64,000 bases of DNA from Paraphysomonas bandaiensis (taxonomy: Eukaryota > Protista > Chrysophyceae). The notes under the pieces are model-generated. The model was not told the DNA's origin and searched no databases. It saw nothing but the letters and a program-made list of their open reading frames with translations. Below are positions 1 through 13,383 of the stretch, in pieces; position 1 is the stretch's first letter; each line of letters begins with the position of its first letter. A program made the position numbers and the translations under genes. Where the stretch lies: assembly GCA_965644295.1 (NCBI GenBank), contig CBFFRP010000138.1:62001-126000 (forward strand). Direction: 5' to 3'.

Positions 1-383
1 TAAGCAAAACAGAAAAAGATTTCTTAGTGAACATATAATACATGACGACAATATGTTAAGGAAAACAGAGGTGATATATATGAATATGGTGTGATATGTT
101 GAGATTAATAATTATATCCCTTTCTTGAAAGTACGTTGTGAGCAACAAGCAAATGTATGGGTTACGTGGCTGTAGTTCAAGGTTAGCTTCAATCCTCAAT
201 GTACAGTGTAACATATTACGCTATTTACTATTTCCAACCCGTTTCCAATAACTGCAAGTTGGTAAATATGAGTAAATATATTCACAAATACGTGATATCA
301 GCAAAAAAAAATCTTAAGAGTGAATTTAATAACATTTATTGTTTACCGAAGCATTTCCGGCACGACGACGGTGCTATATCAAC

Positions 384-2583
384 TCAGCGGTTTTGGGAGG
401 CAACCCATTTCTCAACTTTTTCGTGTAACGTGTCAAGAGGTAAGGGTCCTGAATCAAGAAGACAGGTATGGAAAGCTCGAATATCGAAGGAATCTCCAAG
501 AACACTCTCTGCATGTCTGCGCATTCTCCATATAGCCACTTCTCCAACTTTGTAAGCACCTGTCCACATACATACGTAAGAAACATATATAACAACACTA
601 CAGGTCCAAATCTACACGGACTATAGAAAACTGGAATGGGTACGTGCACTATAGTGAGTATGTAACGTATAATATGCACGAGAGAAAGCAGTTATCAGAG
701 GCATCGACGTACATGCTTGTCCAGGCCATGCCTCGTATCGGTAGCACTCTGCCTCCACTTCATGCCGGTGCATGCCTAGAAAACACATCAAAACATAATA
801 ATACAACCTCTGTAGCTGAATGCATTTGCAACAAAAATCAGGTATGTATTGAAATCTCACAATCACAGAAAAGTAACACGGAGAGAGATACTAAACATTA
901 CGAGTGACGAAACTAATCGGTGCATTGCATGCTCGCGATAACTATACTATCACCAGCGTACCTGTCTTCTCCATCATGTACTGTATGGCCTCTTCTACAG
1001 TCCATCCTTTAGCATGAATACCAGTGTCTACAACCAATCGAACTGCTCGCATCATTTCCATCGACAAACGACCGAAGAGAGCCATTGGGGTTTTGTAAAG
1101 ACCCATCTCTTCCCCAAGTGCTTCACAGTACAGAGCCCAACCCTCTAGATAAGCGCAGTAGAGATTTCGACGTGCAGGGCAAAACTCATAACGTCTGTCC
1201 TCAATATACCTCAAGAATGGAGGAATCGAAGGGTTTTCTATGGCAAGGGAGCCTTGAAGATGATGTCCTGGCACAGCTTCATGTAGAGCAAGGGCCGGCA
1301 TATTATAGATAGGACGTTTGGTGAGGTTGCTTGTATTTACGAAAAATTTTCCAGGCCGTTTCCCATCAGACGTTCCTGTTGAAATAAAAAATTACTCTAT
1401 ATACATGTCAAACATAAACATTCTCACACTAGGTGGTACTAATTACGATATATATTATCTTTCCCTACCACACTGCGATACTACAGTGTACCTTGCATAT
1501 AATACGCCCCTGGAGCAGTTTCAGCGTCCATACTCACTATCTCCATCTCGCACTTAGGTAATGTCTCAAAATACTTGGGCAGTAATAATTTAATGTGCTT
1601 ATAAAGTATATCGTATCCGTCCAATAAGCTCTGCTTGTGAGAGTAGTATTGGGTTGCACTTTGTACTGGATCTTGACACTTCACAATAAACTCCTGAAGC
1701 GTGCCAGTAAACCCGAGTGGAGCCAAGACTTCTTCTGCATATCTGCGCTCAATCCGGGCGACTTCAGATTGACCAATACTGTGTACCTCCTCAGCTGTCA
1801 TACCTGTCATATATCATTGCATGAACAAGTCGTAAATATCTTACTCACTCACTATACAAACCTACCTGTAGTTGTATGGAACCTCAGACACTGGCGATAC
1901 ACATCTTGACCATTGGGAAGGTTGCCTGCGCCAGTTCCTGACCTAACGGAAGGCAGGTACTCATTCCGGAAGAACTCCAACAAACGGCCGATCACCTCTT
2001 TAAATATCACTACGTCCTCACCGGCTTTCTCGCACAAGTCCAATAAACTTTTAGGAGGTTCGGAGATGAGGGCTTGCAACTGATCTTCAATTTTGCGAGT
2101 CATGGCTGCACTGGCGACTTTACCCTCCGCAACACCCAATCGGAGCAGACTCATATACTGCTCGCATTGAGTGGGAAATGCCTTAAGTCTACAAGAAAAA
2201 TTGGATAGTTTGTTTTCCTCTCCAAGCCAATCAAGTGACTCAATGAAATTATTATGCACGCCTCCATATCCGATGCTGTTAACCGGATAGAGATGACAGC
2301 CCATATCGAGTGCAGATATCTCATCTGAGAGGTTCTTAATGAACAACTCCGCATGCATCTTATCTTTCTCATATGCTTCATTAAATTCCATTGACTTACA
2401 TCGTATAATCATCTCTTGATTGTGTTGTTTACGGAGATTAAAGGCTTCAGGCGAGAGATCCTGTAAACGATCATCATATTCATAAAAACCCGCCTGAGAG
2501 GCGTATTCAGGATTATCAGACAATAGCCAGGTGAAATCCTCTTCAATAAGAGACTGGAAAGCGGATTTTTCGAATCCACTCAT
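384..2583 (-). CDS. DUF885 family protein (putative metallopeptidase-like), multi-exon
   Basis: ORF pieces 1852-2637, 1481-1810, 942-1301, 621-866 and 384-569 join via short GT-AG introns. Motifs ALHEAVPGHHLQ, YLEGWALYCE, RAVRLVVDTGIH, WPGQA..YKVG and FDIRAFH..L..GPLPL are characteristic of DUF885. Likely ATG at 2583 (MSGFEKS). Confidence 0.9.
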
Positions 2584-2968
2584 GTTGTGTTGTGGGAAGA
2601 TATGTATGTATATGTAGCCACTGTGTTGATCCTTCAATGTGACTGTCTGTATCTACATAGTGATACATGCATAGTATGATAGTACACATGATAGTACAGT
2701 ACACAGTATACCACATTGGACATAGAGAGTGTGGAAGTACGAAATGTACCCAAGGATATAAATCTCGTAGTACTTTTCCATTACTACGGCAATCTAAAAA
2801 CCTCAATTTTCTTAAAAGTCAGTTAAATACCTGCTACAATTCGTACCAAGATAAACCACAGAAGTTATAGTTTCCACATAAAATTCGAGTATTTCAATAA
2901 AAAATTGAATATTTTGGAAAGTGCTTCTAGAACCAACCAGAAGCGTACAGATACCTCTTGAGGAAATT

Positions 2969-4044
2969 ATGGACTATAGTTATGAGGTTCTCTTTCCATC
3001 ATTAAATATATAAACTCTTACAGCCCACTAGCAGTGATCCTGCCAAGTATTCGTCAAGGTCATTAGTTGAAGATGTCAGAACTCGATGAAGTGCGTCATT
3101 TAATTACTCAAGCAACGTATCCCAAAGTACGAAAGTTGCTATCAGATTATGAAAAAACTCTCATACAAACAGAGGCTAGTGTCCCTCCTGAGGTTCCTCA
3201 AACAAATGGTCAGACCGAAAATGCCTCTTCTGTTCCTTCAAAGGTACCGGATGTGCCTCCAGTGAGCTCTCGTCCTGTGCCTGTGCCTGTGCCGACATCC
3301 TCCTCAGGTGTTGTCTACACTCCAATTGCGGACTTTGCTTGGGATCAAGGAGGGTATAACTCGCCCACAGTTACAGTATATGTGGAGCTAGAAGGTGTCG
3401 GGGAAGTTAAAGATAGTGTAGACTGCAAATTTACGAAATCATCTTTTGATTTGACGGTGAGTTTCGTGGACTCATTACAATCATTTGATATAACCATGTG
3501 TAGGTTCATGGATTAAACGGAAAGCACTATCGCCTCATTAAAGATAACTTGGATAAGGATATTGTGCCAGAGAAGAGTAAGATTCTTGTCAAGAAGAACA
3601 AGATTGTGGTGAAGCTTCAGAAGGTGATAGACTCATCCGTGTCATTGATGCCACAGTGGTTTTATGCCGTGTATACGTGACTACTGTAATTATGTTCATT
3701 TATCTCACGTGTAATACCTTTGTACCATAGGTCAAGGGAGAGTACTCGTATGAACATTGGGCTCATTTGACGGCGAAGAAGCCTCGGGAACAGAGGGATA
3801 GCAAGAAAGACCCGTCAGCCTCAATCATGGACATGATGAAGGACATGTGAGTAATTTGGACTCGGAGTATATATATTTTACGTTATGTAACAGTGTTTAG
3901 ATTTTTATTTTGATCTTGTTTTCACACGAGATTTGCATATTCAGGTATGACGAAGGAGATGACAACATGAAGAAAATAATTGGTGAAGCCATGCTTAAAT
4001 CCCGCAATGGAGAGAAAATGGATCCCATGACTCCTGATCTGTAA
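2969..4044 (+). CDS. CACYBP: Calcyclin-binding protein / Siah-interacting protein (CS + SGS domains)
   Basis: N-terminal helical segment (ELDEVRHLITQATYPKVRKLL), CS domain (FAWDQ..VTVYVELEGV..FTKSSFDLTV..GKHYRL) and SGS-type tail (DPSASIMDMMKDMYDEGDDNMKKIIGEAMLKSR). Four short introns. Confidence 0.88.
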
Positions 4045-5437
4045 CATACTGTATTCCATACGTAGAGTAGGGTGGTGCAGTATATAAATATCTCTTAATC
4101 GTGTGCGCTTTGGAGTAAGAATTACTGGAATGTTTGAGGAGTCTTTTTCATTATTGTTTAACTCGTATAACGACACCGAAATACTGCCCATAATAAGCAT
4201 CATATTTGTTAATTTACGTATGAGTACTAGGTGGCTGTTCTTGCTCAACAATATAGTAACCTTCAATATATAATATATCTTAGTAGACACGGAGGTCAAC
4301 CACTGATGAGTAAGCAGTTTAAAGTATAGAGGGAAGGATAGGGTTCCAAGAATGATAGAGTGAGACAAGGTTGTTCAGCATAGTGTGTCATCGTGTAGTA
4401 TTCGGTATCGTTGTTGAATAATTCGCCGATTTAATTTCAAATGGTGTGAGCTTTGCCAAGTGCTCTGTGCTTGTGATTACTGACTGATCCATGTATTAGA
4501 GTATTTATGTATTTATTCTACAACCAACTCCTAAATCTTCCTTCGGTAGCGCACGAAGACTTTACGAATGAACTACTGGTACCCTTCTTCAAGAAACTAG
4601 TATTAAAATATTAGTTCTTCTCCCCATTTCTTGGAACTAAAATTAAGGGATTTGATTGATGGTAGTTTTTAGTTTATATAGTAGGTCGGTGTTCTATGTT
4701 CCAGCAATATATGTAAATTAGTATCGTACACTCTGTATTATCTATAATAATATTCCATACTAGTAACAAACAAATGTTGTACACGCAAATCAGGTGAAAT
4801 ATGCAATGTATTAATATTTTGACTACTTTCCTACGATTGCATCATCCCTTGTGCCAATTTGGACGATTGCTTATAGCAACGAATAGACGACTATGGATGC
4901 TAGCACAAGCTGTTCTAGCATGTTAATGGATATGTATTATAGTAGTAAGTATATTTACCCCTGCATTGACGTTGACTTTTTCAAATTCAACTTAGTCCCA
5001 GTGTCTTCATATGACGCAGGTCAGCATGACGCACATATTTATCAGTCAGAAAACTGAGACCCTCACTTGTAAAGCATGTTGCAATAACAGATCAGAGTCA
5101 TTTGCATTAATGTCTCTTGATATATATGTATTCTTTCCCTTGATTTATATCAATGACATACTCGCTCTATCTCAGTGACCGTTCTGTGTACACAGCACTG
5201 CTGTGTGGGCAATCTTAAAAACAAAGCAAGATACAAACTGAAAAGTATGCACCAGCAGCAGTGTGTGAGTCCCGTAGTGGATATCGACACCCGGGCCGAT
5301 GCGGTATTTTTCCTCTCTGTAGGACCTTCCTACCGTCTAGGGCCATAGCAAACTTCTGTACAGCAGAGTACGAGCGAAGTATACTGTAGAGCATACCATA
5401 CAGCAGTGTACAGCAGTGTACAGCAGTGTGGTAATCT

Positions 5438-6488
5438 ATGTGGACAAGATGCGCTTTAAAAACAAAGCATCCCACTGATACCATACAAACTCTTCCTATC
5501 CCTGTATCAGTAATGTCGATTCGTAAGTCCTTATCTTCAATGATCCCTTTAAAGAGATCCAATAAGAAGGTTAAGTTAGCTAGAATGGTCTCTCGATCAC
5601 ATCAGTGTCGTCAGGAGAATCATCTTATATTCTTAGAGGGTCACCGTCTCGTTATTGATGCTATTAATTTTGGATATTCCCCTCATCAGATTTTACTCTC
5701 TTCACGTGCCTTTGATGCACCATTAGGGGATAATCTTGAGAAATGTTTAGCTGGATATGAGGCCCTGGTGTCACTAGTTGATCACGATGCATTAGAAAAA
5801 ATATCACCTGCTGTTACAAGTCAGGGTATATGTGCTTTGGTTGAATATAATAAATATGAAAAAATATACAAAGGCTTTAGAGATGAACTGTCGAAAAGGG
5901 ACCCGTTGTTGGTGATATGTGACAGAATACAAGACCCTGGCAACCTTGGTGCTATTATACGAAATAGCTATGCTCTTGGTGCCAATTGTTTGGCTGTAGT
6001 TGAAAGTTGTGATGCATGGGTATGTGTGCCTGTAGTGGTTTTTATTCTTATGTTTTCCGTACAGTCTCCCAAAGTTCTTAGGTCTTCCATGGGATACGGG
6101 ATGCGCTTTCCGGTAATCACTACACGGTGGAGCGAGATTCCCACCGTGCTGAGCGGTGTTGATATATCTGTGCATTTGGCAGAGGCAGCAGACACTGGGG
6201 TACCTTCATGCTTCAACACTGATTTTACTGGTGCTACAGCACTAGTGATAGGTTCTGAGGCTAGGGGTATTAGCGATGAGGTGGGCTTATGTGTACGTAT
6301 GACGTAATATTTTCAACGTGACTAACATGTTGTAGGCGAGAGCTCTGGTAGGTGCGAGCCCGGTGCATATCCCCATGACTGGGCCTCAGAGCGAGTCTAT
6401 AAACGCTGCTTGTGCATCTGCTGTACTTCTCGGCGAGACACTGAGACAGAGAACTCTCGCTGCAGCTAGAGAATTTGCCACCGTATAA
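5438..6488 (+). CDS. SpoU/TrmH-family (SPOUT) RNA 2'-O-methyltransferase, MRM3-like
   Basis: Motifs IFLEGHRLV, DRIQDPGNLGAIIR, SPKVLRSSMG, ALVIGSEARG and, in the last exon, HIPMTGPQSESINAA. Introns at about 6019-6064 and 6281-6335. Confidence 0.9.
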
Positions 6489-8469
6489 ACGAATTGTCTA
6501 ATGCAGTTTCGGTGTAAGCTAGTATTGATGTATTACTGTATATTACAACGACATATTTGTGCCTATTTAATTTGCTGTGTTTTCACTATTTCTATCCGAT
6601 TAATATCGAAGAGCTGTTTTTACGATAATGTGAATGTGGAGAGTTTTGTTCACATTGTAGAATGTGTTGTTTGCTACTCTAAAATAAGTAGAAATTCTGT
6701 TCTTCATGAATACTAGTGAGGTGCTAACATTCTTATTACTTGATCACAGAAATATCTAATATCTGTGCCGAATAGATCTGAGTCAGATATTGATTACTTT
6801 ACCCTCTGCCTAATCCAAGATTTGTTCGGACCTTCATATTAGTTGTGGCTGACAAGAGAACAATATATAGCAATAAATTGTTGGACCGGTTAGAAACGCA
6901 TCAAAATATTATTGAAGTATATGTGTATATTATTGTAATATATTGCTCCTCAGGCCAAGTGAATAGTGAATAGATCTCTTTACTGACGAGACTCTTTCTA
7001 AAAGAAGTCGTTTTCATCCGTACAGCAGTTTGCCAGAACGACTTAGTCCAAGCCGGTTTCCATCTTCCTGTATACACATATACACATACATAATCCTTAA
7101 ATCCATATATTCTTCCATATATCCTGAAATATACAATGTCTAACTTTATATTTTATATGACTTTTTAATCTTTGTAACGTACTCTCACAAGGAGTTGCAT
7201 CAATTTGGTTTCTTTCTCATATTATTGGTTCTTTCGAAACAGTTGAAAGACAGAAGCAATAAGACCCATTCGAATGATCCCCGAATAACCATGCAAGACA
7301 AATCTAGAGCTTGCTTTGGCTTGCTGAAAATCCTGACTCAGAGTGGTCGAAATTGAAAGAATAGTTTTAGTCAATATTGATGGTCACAATGTTGATCTAA
7401 ATACTTCGGATGACGTGATTCTAGAGCTATTTCAAAAGTGATTCCATAGATATTATAAATTATAGACGGAGGATTCTTTGATGTATATGCTAATTCTGCT
7501 AGACTACTAGGTATTGTTCGGGCTTGTTCAGACAGAAGATGGTGCAATTGCATGTCACGGGTATCTCCCTATAGTTAGCACTGGATTGAAGGTCAGTACA
7601 AGCCTACAGATTACCACGCTTGGCCATACAGACTTTGCCAAGCAGTCGACATTTAGTACAAAACGTACAATATACATACTTCAGTAGTGAGGTATATATT
7701 AGTAGGCTATCTAGGATAATTAGCTGCTATTGTACCACACTTCCTACTCATCGATATGCTTCCATGAATCGTTAAGAAAAGTGATATCGGATTCATTTGC
7801 AGGTGATAAGAGAGATCGTTTCTCAGTTACCACCAAAAACAATACAAAGACCTCGCTCATGTGCAAGATGGACTCCCAACAATAGTCTCATAAGCGAATT
7901 CTTTATACTCTTTTCGGTGTTTTGTTAGCAAATGTGCCAATGCTCCCAGCAGTGCCATAATTCACTTCCCATCTGCTGGCTGCTGGCCCTAGCATTACTA
8001 TCGCAGCAGCGATATCACTAGAAGTTTGTGAATTCATTGACAAGCAAGTTGAGCTGATGATAATGCATGAAGTCACATGCATATCTGTGTCCAGGACGAA
8101 CATATTTGGCCGGCACGTACCTCCATACCTACCTGTACCTACAGCAGTACATACATACAGCAGTGCATACATACAGCAGTACATATACATATACAGTAAA
8201 TAATACAGCAGTGGATTACTTACAAGTCCGTTTTTGATGGAGTCATTTTTTAGCCTATATGAATAATCCTGAAAACCCATTCAAGATACTCCGGGTGTTT
8301 GGCTCTTCGTATAGGAGTGTGTGTGGTGTGTGGTATATGTATTTACCTGTATATATATATGGCATATCACGGTCCTGTGTTGTTATATACGTAATATAGT
8401 GATCAAAGGATCATACTACACCAAAGCCGCAAGACTAGCTATACAGTCAAAACAGTTTATATCTGAAAC

Positions 8470-8877
8470 ATGCAAAACGCTGCTGGAGAGGTTGTTGACC
8501 TATACATTCCCCGCAAGTGGTCAGTTATCTCTTCTATATATTGAATAGTCAGTTCTCATCTATATTATCAGCTCCTGGACAAACAGGATCCTTGCTGCCA
8601 ATGATTTTGGTGCCGTGCAGGTATACATGTATTTCTTTCACTCATATGGTGCTTATGTCTATGAGTAGATCAATGTCGCTAATGTCGACCCTGAGACTGG
8701 TATCTCCACTAAGACCAACACAACTTTTGCCCTTTGTGGATTCGTGAGACAGCATGTACGTTCATTGTAATGATAGTTTTTATTAGTGACATTGATTTTT
8801 TTAAGGCTGAGGGTGACGAGGCTCTAACTGCTTTAGTCTCGAAGAATGATGCAGCGATGAAGCTTCAGTACGAATAG
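8470..8877 (+). CDS. RPS21: 40S ribosomal protein S21 (4 exons; not in the ORF track)
   Basis: Manual splicing gives MQNAAGEVVDLYIPRKC|SWTNRILAANDFGAVQ|INVANVDPETGISTKTNTTFALCGFVRQH|AEGDEALTALVSKNDAAMKLQYE*, which matches the eS21 signature. Confidence 0.95.
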
Positions 8878-9947
8878 TTTCTTCACGTGATTATACCCTG
8901 TAACTAAGTCTTGCGCATATGAATATACCCTCAATTATGTGCTTTGTTGGTGTTGCCTTGGTGTATGGTGTGTTGCGTTTTAGGAAGACTCTGATTTTGC
9001 AAGCAACTTGGGAACAGTAGTGAATGATTGTACTCCCAGTGGTTTTCATCATATCCATTGCATCCCACAAGCAACAGTAGTTTATGGAATTACACTAGAA
9101 AGATATTGATGAACTAAACACATTTTTACCAAGTTGTCGTAAGCATCGACAGGATACGTGACATAAAAAGCTACAGATAGTATTATGTGAAATAAAACGC
9201 ATAGTATGTCGTCCAATCGATCATCGACCAAAACATATAGTGTTGTGTGCTAAATGTAGAAATAAGTAAAATGCTAAGCAAAGGTAGATTTGTCTTTTAC
9301 GTACTGCACAAGGGATTTCATTCAATCAGGGCTAGGGAACAATGGACTGCAATACTATTGATGGAGGTTTAAGCAACACCGGACCAACAAGGATACTATA
9401 GCACTATTGCAAAATATCTTATCATTAAACAGTAATCAAACAATAAACACATCCATATATTCCATTTTTAGTACTAGTCATTAAGATCATTCTCTGTGCC
9501 ATCATCGGTGACGCTAGTATTACGATATTAATTCAAAATTATTAGAAGTATGCAACAACTGTCGATTCATATTAAGATATTCAGTGTTGCGCAACAGTGA
9601 TAATATAATAAGTTCTGATGGTATCATAAATGCTCCGGAAATCTTAAGACTTCACTTGACCATATATCTATACTCGCTACCTTTTTCGTCTTCGACATAG
9701 AAGATGTACTCTTTATTTAAAGCACAAATGACACGACGTGGCATTTCAAATTACATCTAACATTAGAGCTGAAAACGACGATATCTTCTCAGGCAGTATC
9801 AGCACAGAATATAAGTGAAATAATGTATACTTATATGTTACTGGATATGATAAACCTATGACTAGGGCGAAACTGCAATACTAATAGGACCATAAAAAGT
9901 CCTTCACCTATATTCTATGAATGAGCCATTACACTCGTGAAGGTAAC

Positions 9948-11831
9948 TCATAAAGGCAAGGTGGTGCTACCAAGAAATCCGCATCGCTGTTCTATTGCAA
10001 GTGCCACTCTGAGTAGTTCTCCTTCTTGCAGCCGTCCGCCGATCAACTGCATACCTACAGGTACACGACCATCTTTTCCCCTATCACAGTTGACAACGCC
10101 CGCGGGAACACTACAATGGTACACCACAAGTGAGCATTAGTGTCAAAGGTGGGAAATAGGCAGCTCACCTTACGGCAGGTAAACCGGCAAGATTGGCGGG
10201 GACAGTCATAAAATCATTTGCAAGAGTATCCGCAAAAGAAGGGGGATTAGAAATCGAATACGGCAGCACAGGAGATGTGGGTCCTATTATGCATGCCACA
10301 CCTCCAGCTAAACATCTCCTGAGCTCTTCGGAGACTCTACTTCGTAGTGCAGAAGCTCTTTCAAAATAATCATGATAGGCACTCTCCGACAGCACGTAAG
10401 TTCCTGCCAGTATCCTACGTATTACCATAGCTCCGAATCCTCTACCCCTGCTCTTAGCCACCTGCGACAGCAGCTCCTCTGCGGCCCCGAGTTCCCCTGC
10501 CTCGCCTCCAGTCCAGCCGCCACCTTCACACCGCATTCCATAACGCACGCCATCATAGCGGCTCAGATTAGAGCTAGCCTCCGCACAGGCTAACATATAG
10601 TACGCTGGGAGTGCCACTTTGAGAGATGGTAGCGATATAGTGCGCACTTCAGCTCCGGCGTCTACAAGCATCCTGAGTGTCTCCTCCCATACTCCGCGCA
10701 CCAGAGGATCTACTTCCGCTGTGCTGAACTCGATAGGGACTCCAATCACTGTACCTTTAAGACTGACGTTGCTGTCCTCTGATATCTTTAAACTCTCTAA
10801 CACTGCTCCTGTATCACTAGTTCGCACTGTACTGTTACTCAGTGATGAGAGAATTCTCTCTGGACATCCGCCTGTAGAAGTTGGGTCCATGGGATCAGGG
10901 TTGTCTGCCATAGCGGCACAGAGAAGCAAAGCAGAGTCTATAACAGACCGAGCCATTACACCTGGAGTATCCAAAGAGGATGCATATGCCACAAGACCAT
11001 ATCTCGAGAGTACACCATATGATGGTTTGAGGCCCACCACACCACAGAAAGAAGCAGGCTGTCTGACGGATCCACCAGTATCAGATCCTATTGCACCATG
11101 GCATAGATAAGATGCAACCGCAGCAGCTCCCCCTCCCGAGCTCCCACCAGGGGATAGATCTCCAGGATCTAGTACGCCATCTCTCCCAAATCGAGCACCC
11201 CAAGGATTTAGAGAGCATCCATACGCACTCTCAGTAGTAGACGAACCCATACCGAACTCATCCATGTTAGTCTGTAGACCCCAACATCTCAACACTTTCC
11301 ATAACATTATACAACAACATACCTTCCCGAATATAATTGCCTGATGAGCCTTCAGTCTTTGAACAACAGATGCATCATAAGGAGATATAAACCTCTCTAA
11401 CATATGAGATCCTGCTGAACTTCGACTGTTCATAGCCATAAAGTTATCTTTGACTGATATTACAGTCCCACCTATTAGACTATCACTATCTCTTCTTCCT
11501 GTATCGATCTTATAGTAATATGTGTGAGATGTGTTATGATTCATATGAAACAGTGGTGTGACCTGTGCAGCATCTTTATAGGCTTGTATTCCATTAATCT
11601 CTACAAAAGCATTGAGTTTTGATAGAGATTTAACTGAATGACAAGCAGATGATATGAGTTCACTTGAGGAGAGTTCTCCGTTTCTTATCAACAGGGCGCT
11701 CTGTATATATACATATATATTACACATGAGAGTGTATGTGTGTGTATATGTATACGTGCTATTCTATACATACATACATATATAATACATTCATATACAG
11801 ACTATCTTACATCTAGAAGAGACTTTCGCAT
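9948..11831 (-). CDS. gatA: Glutamyl-tRNA(Gln) amidotransferase subunit A (amidase family, organellar)
   Basis: Motifs ISVKDNF, NMDEFGMGS, PGGSSGG, GSDTGGSVRQPASFCGVVGLKPSYG, AEASSNLSRYDGVRYG and RRILAGTYVLS. The last exon ends PVGMQLIG..L* at 9948. Probable first exon MRKSLLD at 11831. Confidence 0.92.
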
Positions 11832-13383
11832 ACTGGAATCAATCTGACCACATGAAAGTTAGTATGTGCTGATATGAAGATAGTTATGTAGAGCTGGTGC
11901 AGTCACTCCATACTTTAATAGGCAGGAGTAGATGTATGTATGTGACATGATTGTTTATACGGGCTACTTATACGGTGGTGTACATCCGGTACGGATATTC
12001 TCTATTGTCCAGACGGGCTACTCCAACGGCAGAGTGTTATGTCCCATCTAAAGATAGGGACATGCTTCACTCGTACTTGTTTGCCATTACACGTCTTTCA
12101 ACGTCATCGTTACCCTCCGTCACTGTGGCCCCAGCTGCTCTATTGAAGTTATGTTTCGTACAACTTCAGCTCTCTCTAACGTTGTAAACGTACACGAAGG
12201 TGTGACCTTGACTCCCATTTAGATCTTGAGTATCAGCTCTTCATCTGTATTTCTGCTACAAAGAGATGTACATAACACTTAAATTCGGTCAGAAGCAATA
12301 AATAATCACTTAAACATACTCGGGCATATTGATATATGTGACTAATGTAGAGGGAGCTATGTCAATACTCAGAGTCCGAAGAATAGTATATGCATGTGGT
12401 TAGTAAAATTTGTAATTATGTACGCCTTACGTACTAAGCCTACTTGACATTTGTATTGATTAGTGATGAGTTAGAGCGATATTGATTTATCTTTGCACTG
12501 CACTGCCATTACGTGTTAGACATGCTTAACCCCAGGTTGTGGATCAAAGAATCAATGACCATCCTATTTGAGGAACCTTAATATTGCAAACAATGTATAG
12601 TTTTTAGTGTAGTGTGATTAACATTATGCCCACTATATCTACAGATTTGCAAAGATTTACCATCAAAATATTGAGCTGTATCAATTGCGGATGATGAATA
12701 TTAGGACCTATTTTACGACGAATTACTAGATTATAATCGATGAACAAAGAAAGCGCTGTTGTTATACACAACGAAATAACGATAATTTCAATTGTCGCAT
12801 TGAGAACTCGACTAAAACCTTCTTAATATAGCTACTCGTACTGCAAGGACATATTAATTGAGATATGTATTAGTATTATTTATCGTCACATGGCCATCAT
12901 GAGTTCAGCACAATTATTTTTGCTTCTTTCGTCGTCGTTATGGATGTGTCGTAATGATTGTTGAATAAATATGACGCGTGATTCATCCAATAAGCACTGA
13001 TTCTTCTTTAAGCTGTTTGTAGCAAACTATATAGAGTATTTTACAGTATTTGTTTAACATTGCTTCAATTTCTAATACTTTTGAACTATCCAACTAGCTC
13101 GTGCGTTTCAAGGTTTGCTACTTGGATTGTCAGATTCAGTATTAATTTCCAAAGAGTTGGCATATATATGTATATATCAGTACTATTCCATTGGAAAAAT
13201 ATCCTTATCGGCATTAGTACCACTTAATAAACTCATGTATCCACTGTAAGAGTAGCCTAAATTTATGTGTTCGTCGATCCCCATTAAACAGAATACGGCG
13301 GTACATAACTACTAAATATCTACTCAACTTCTAGTTATCACTAGATATTTCTGCCTGCTTCATCTACGCACTGTACCAGATAA

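Noticed and set aside
6960-8280. Possible degenerate minus-strand gene between TrmH and RPS21
   Set aside because: Only short open stretches interrupted by stops, with no recognisable motif, so a call cannot be supported.
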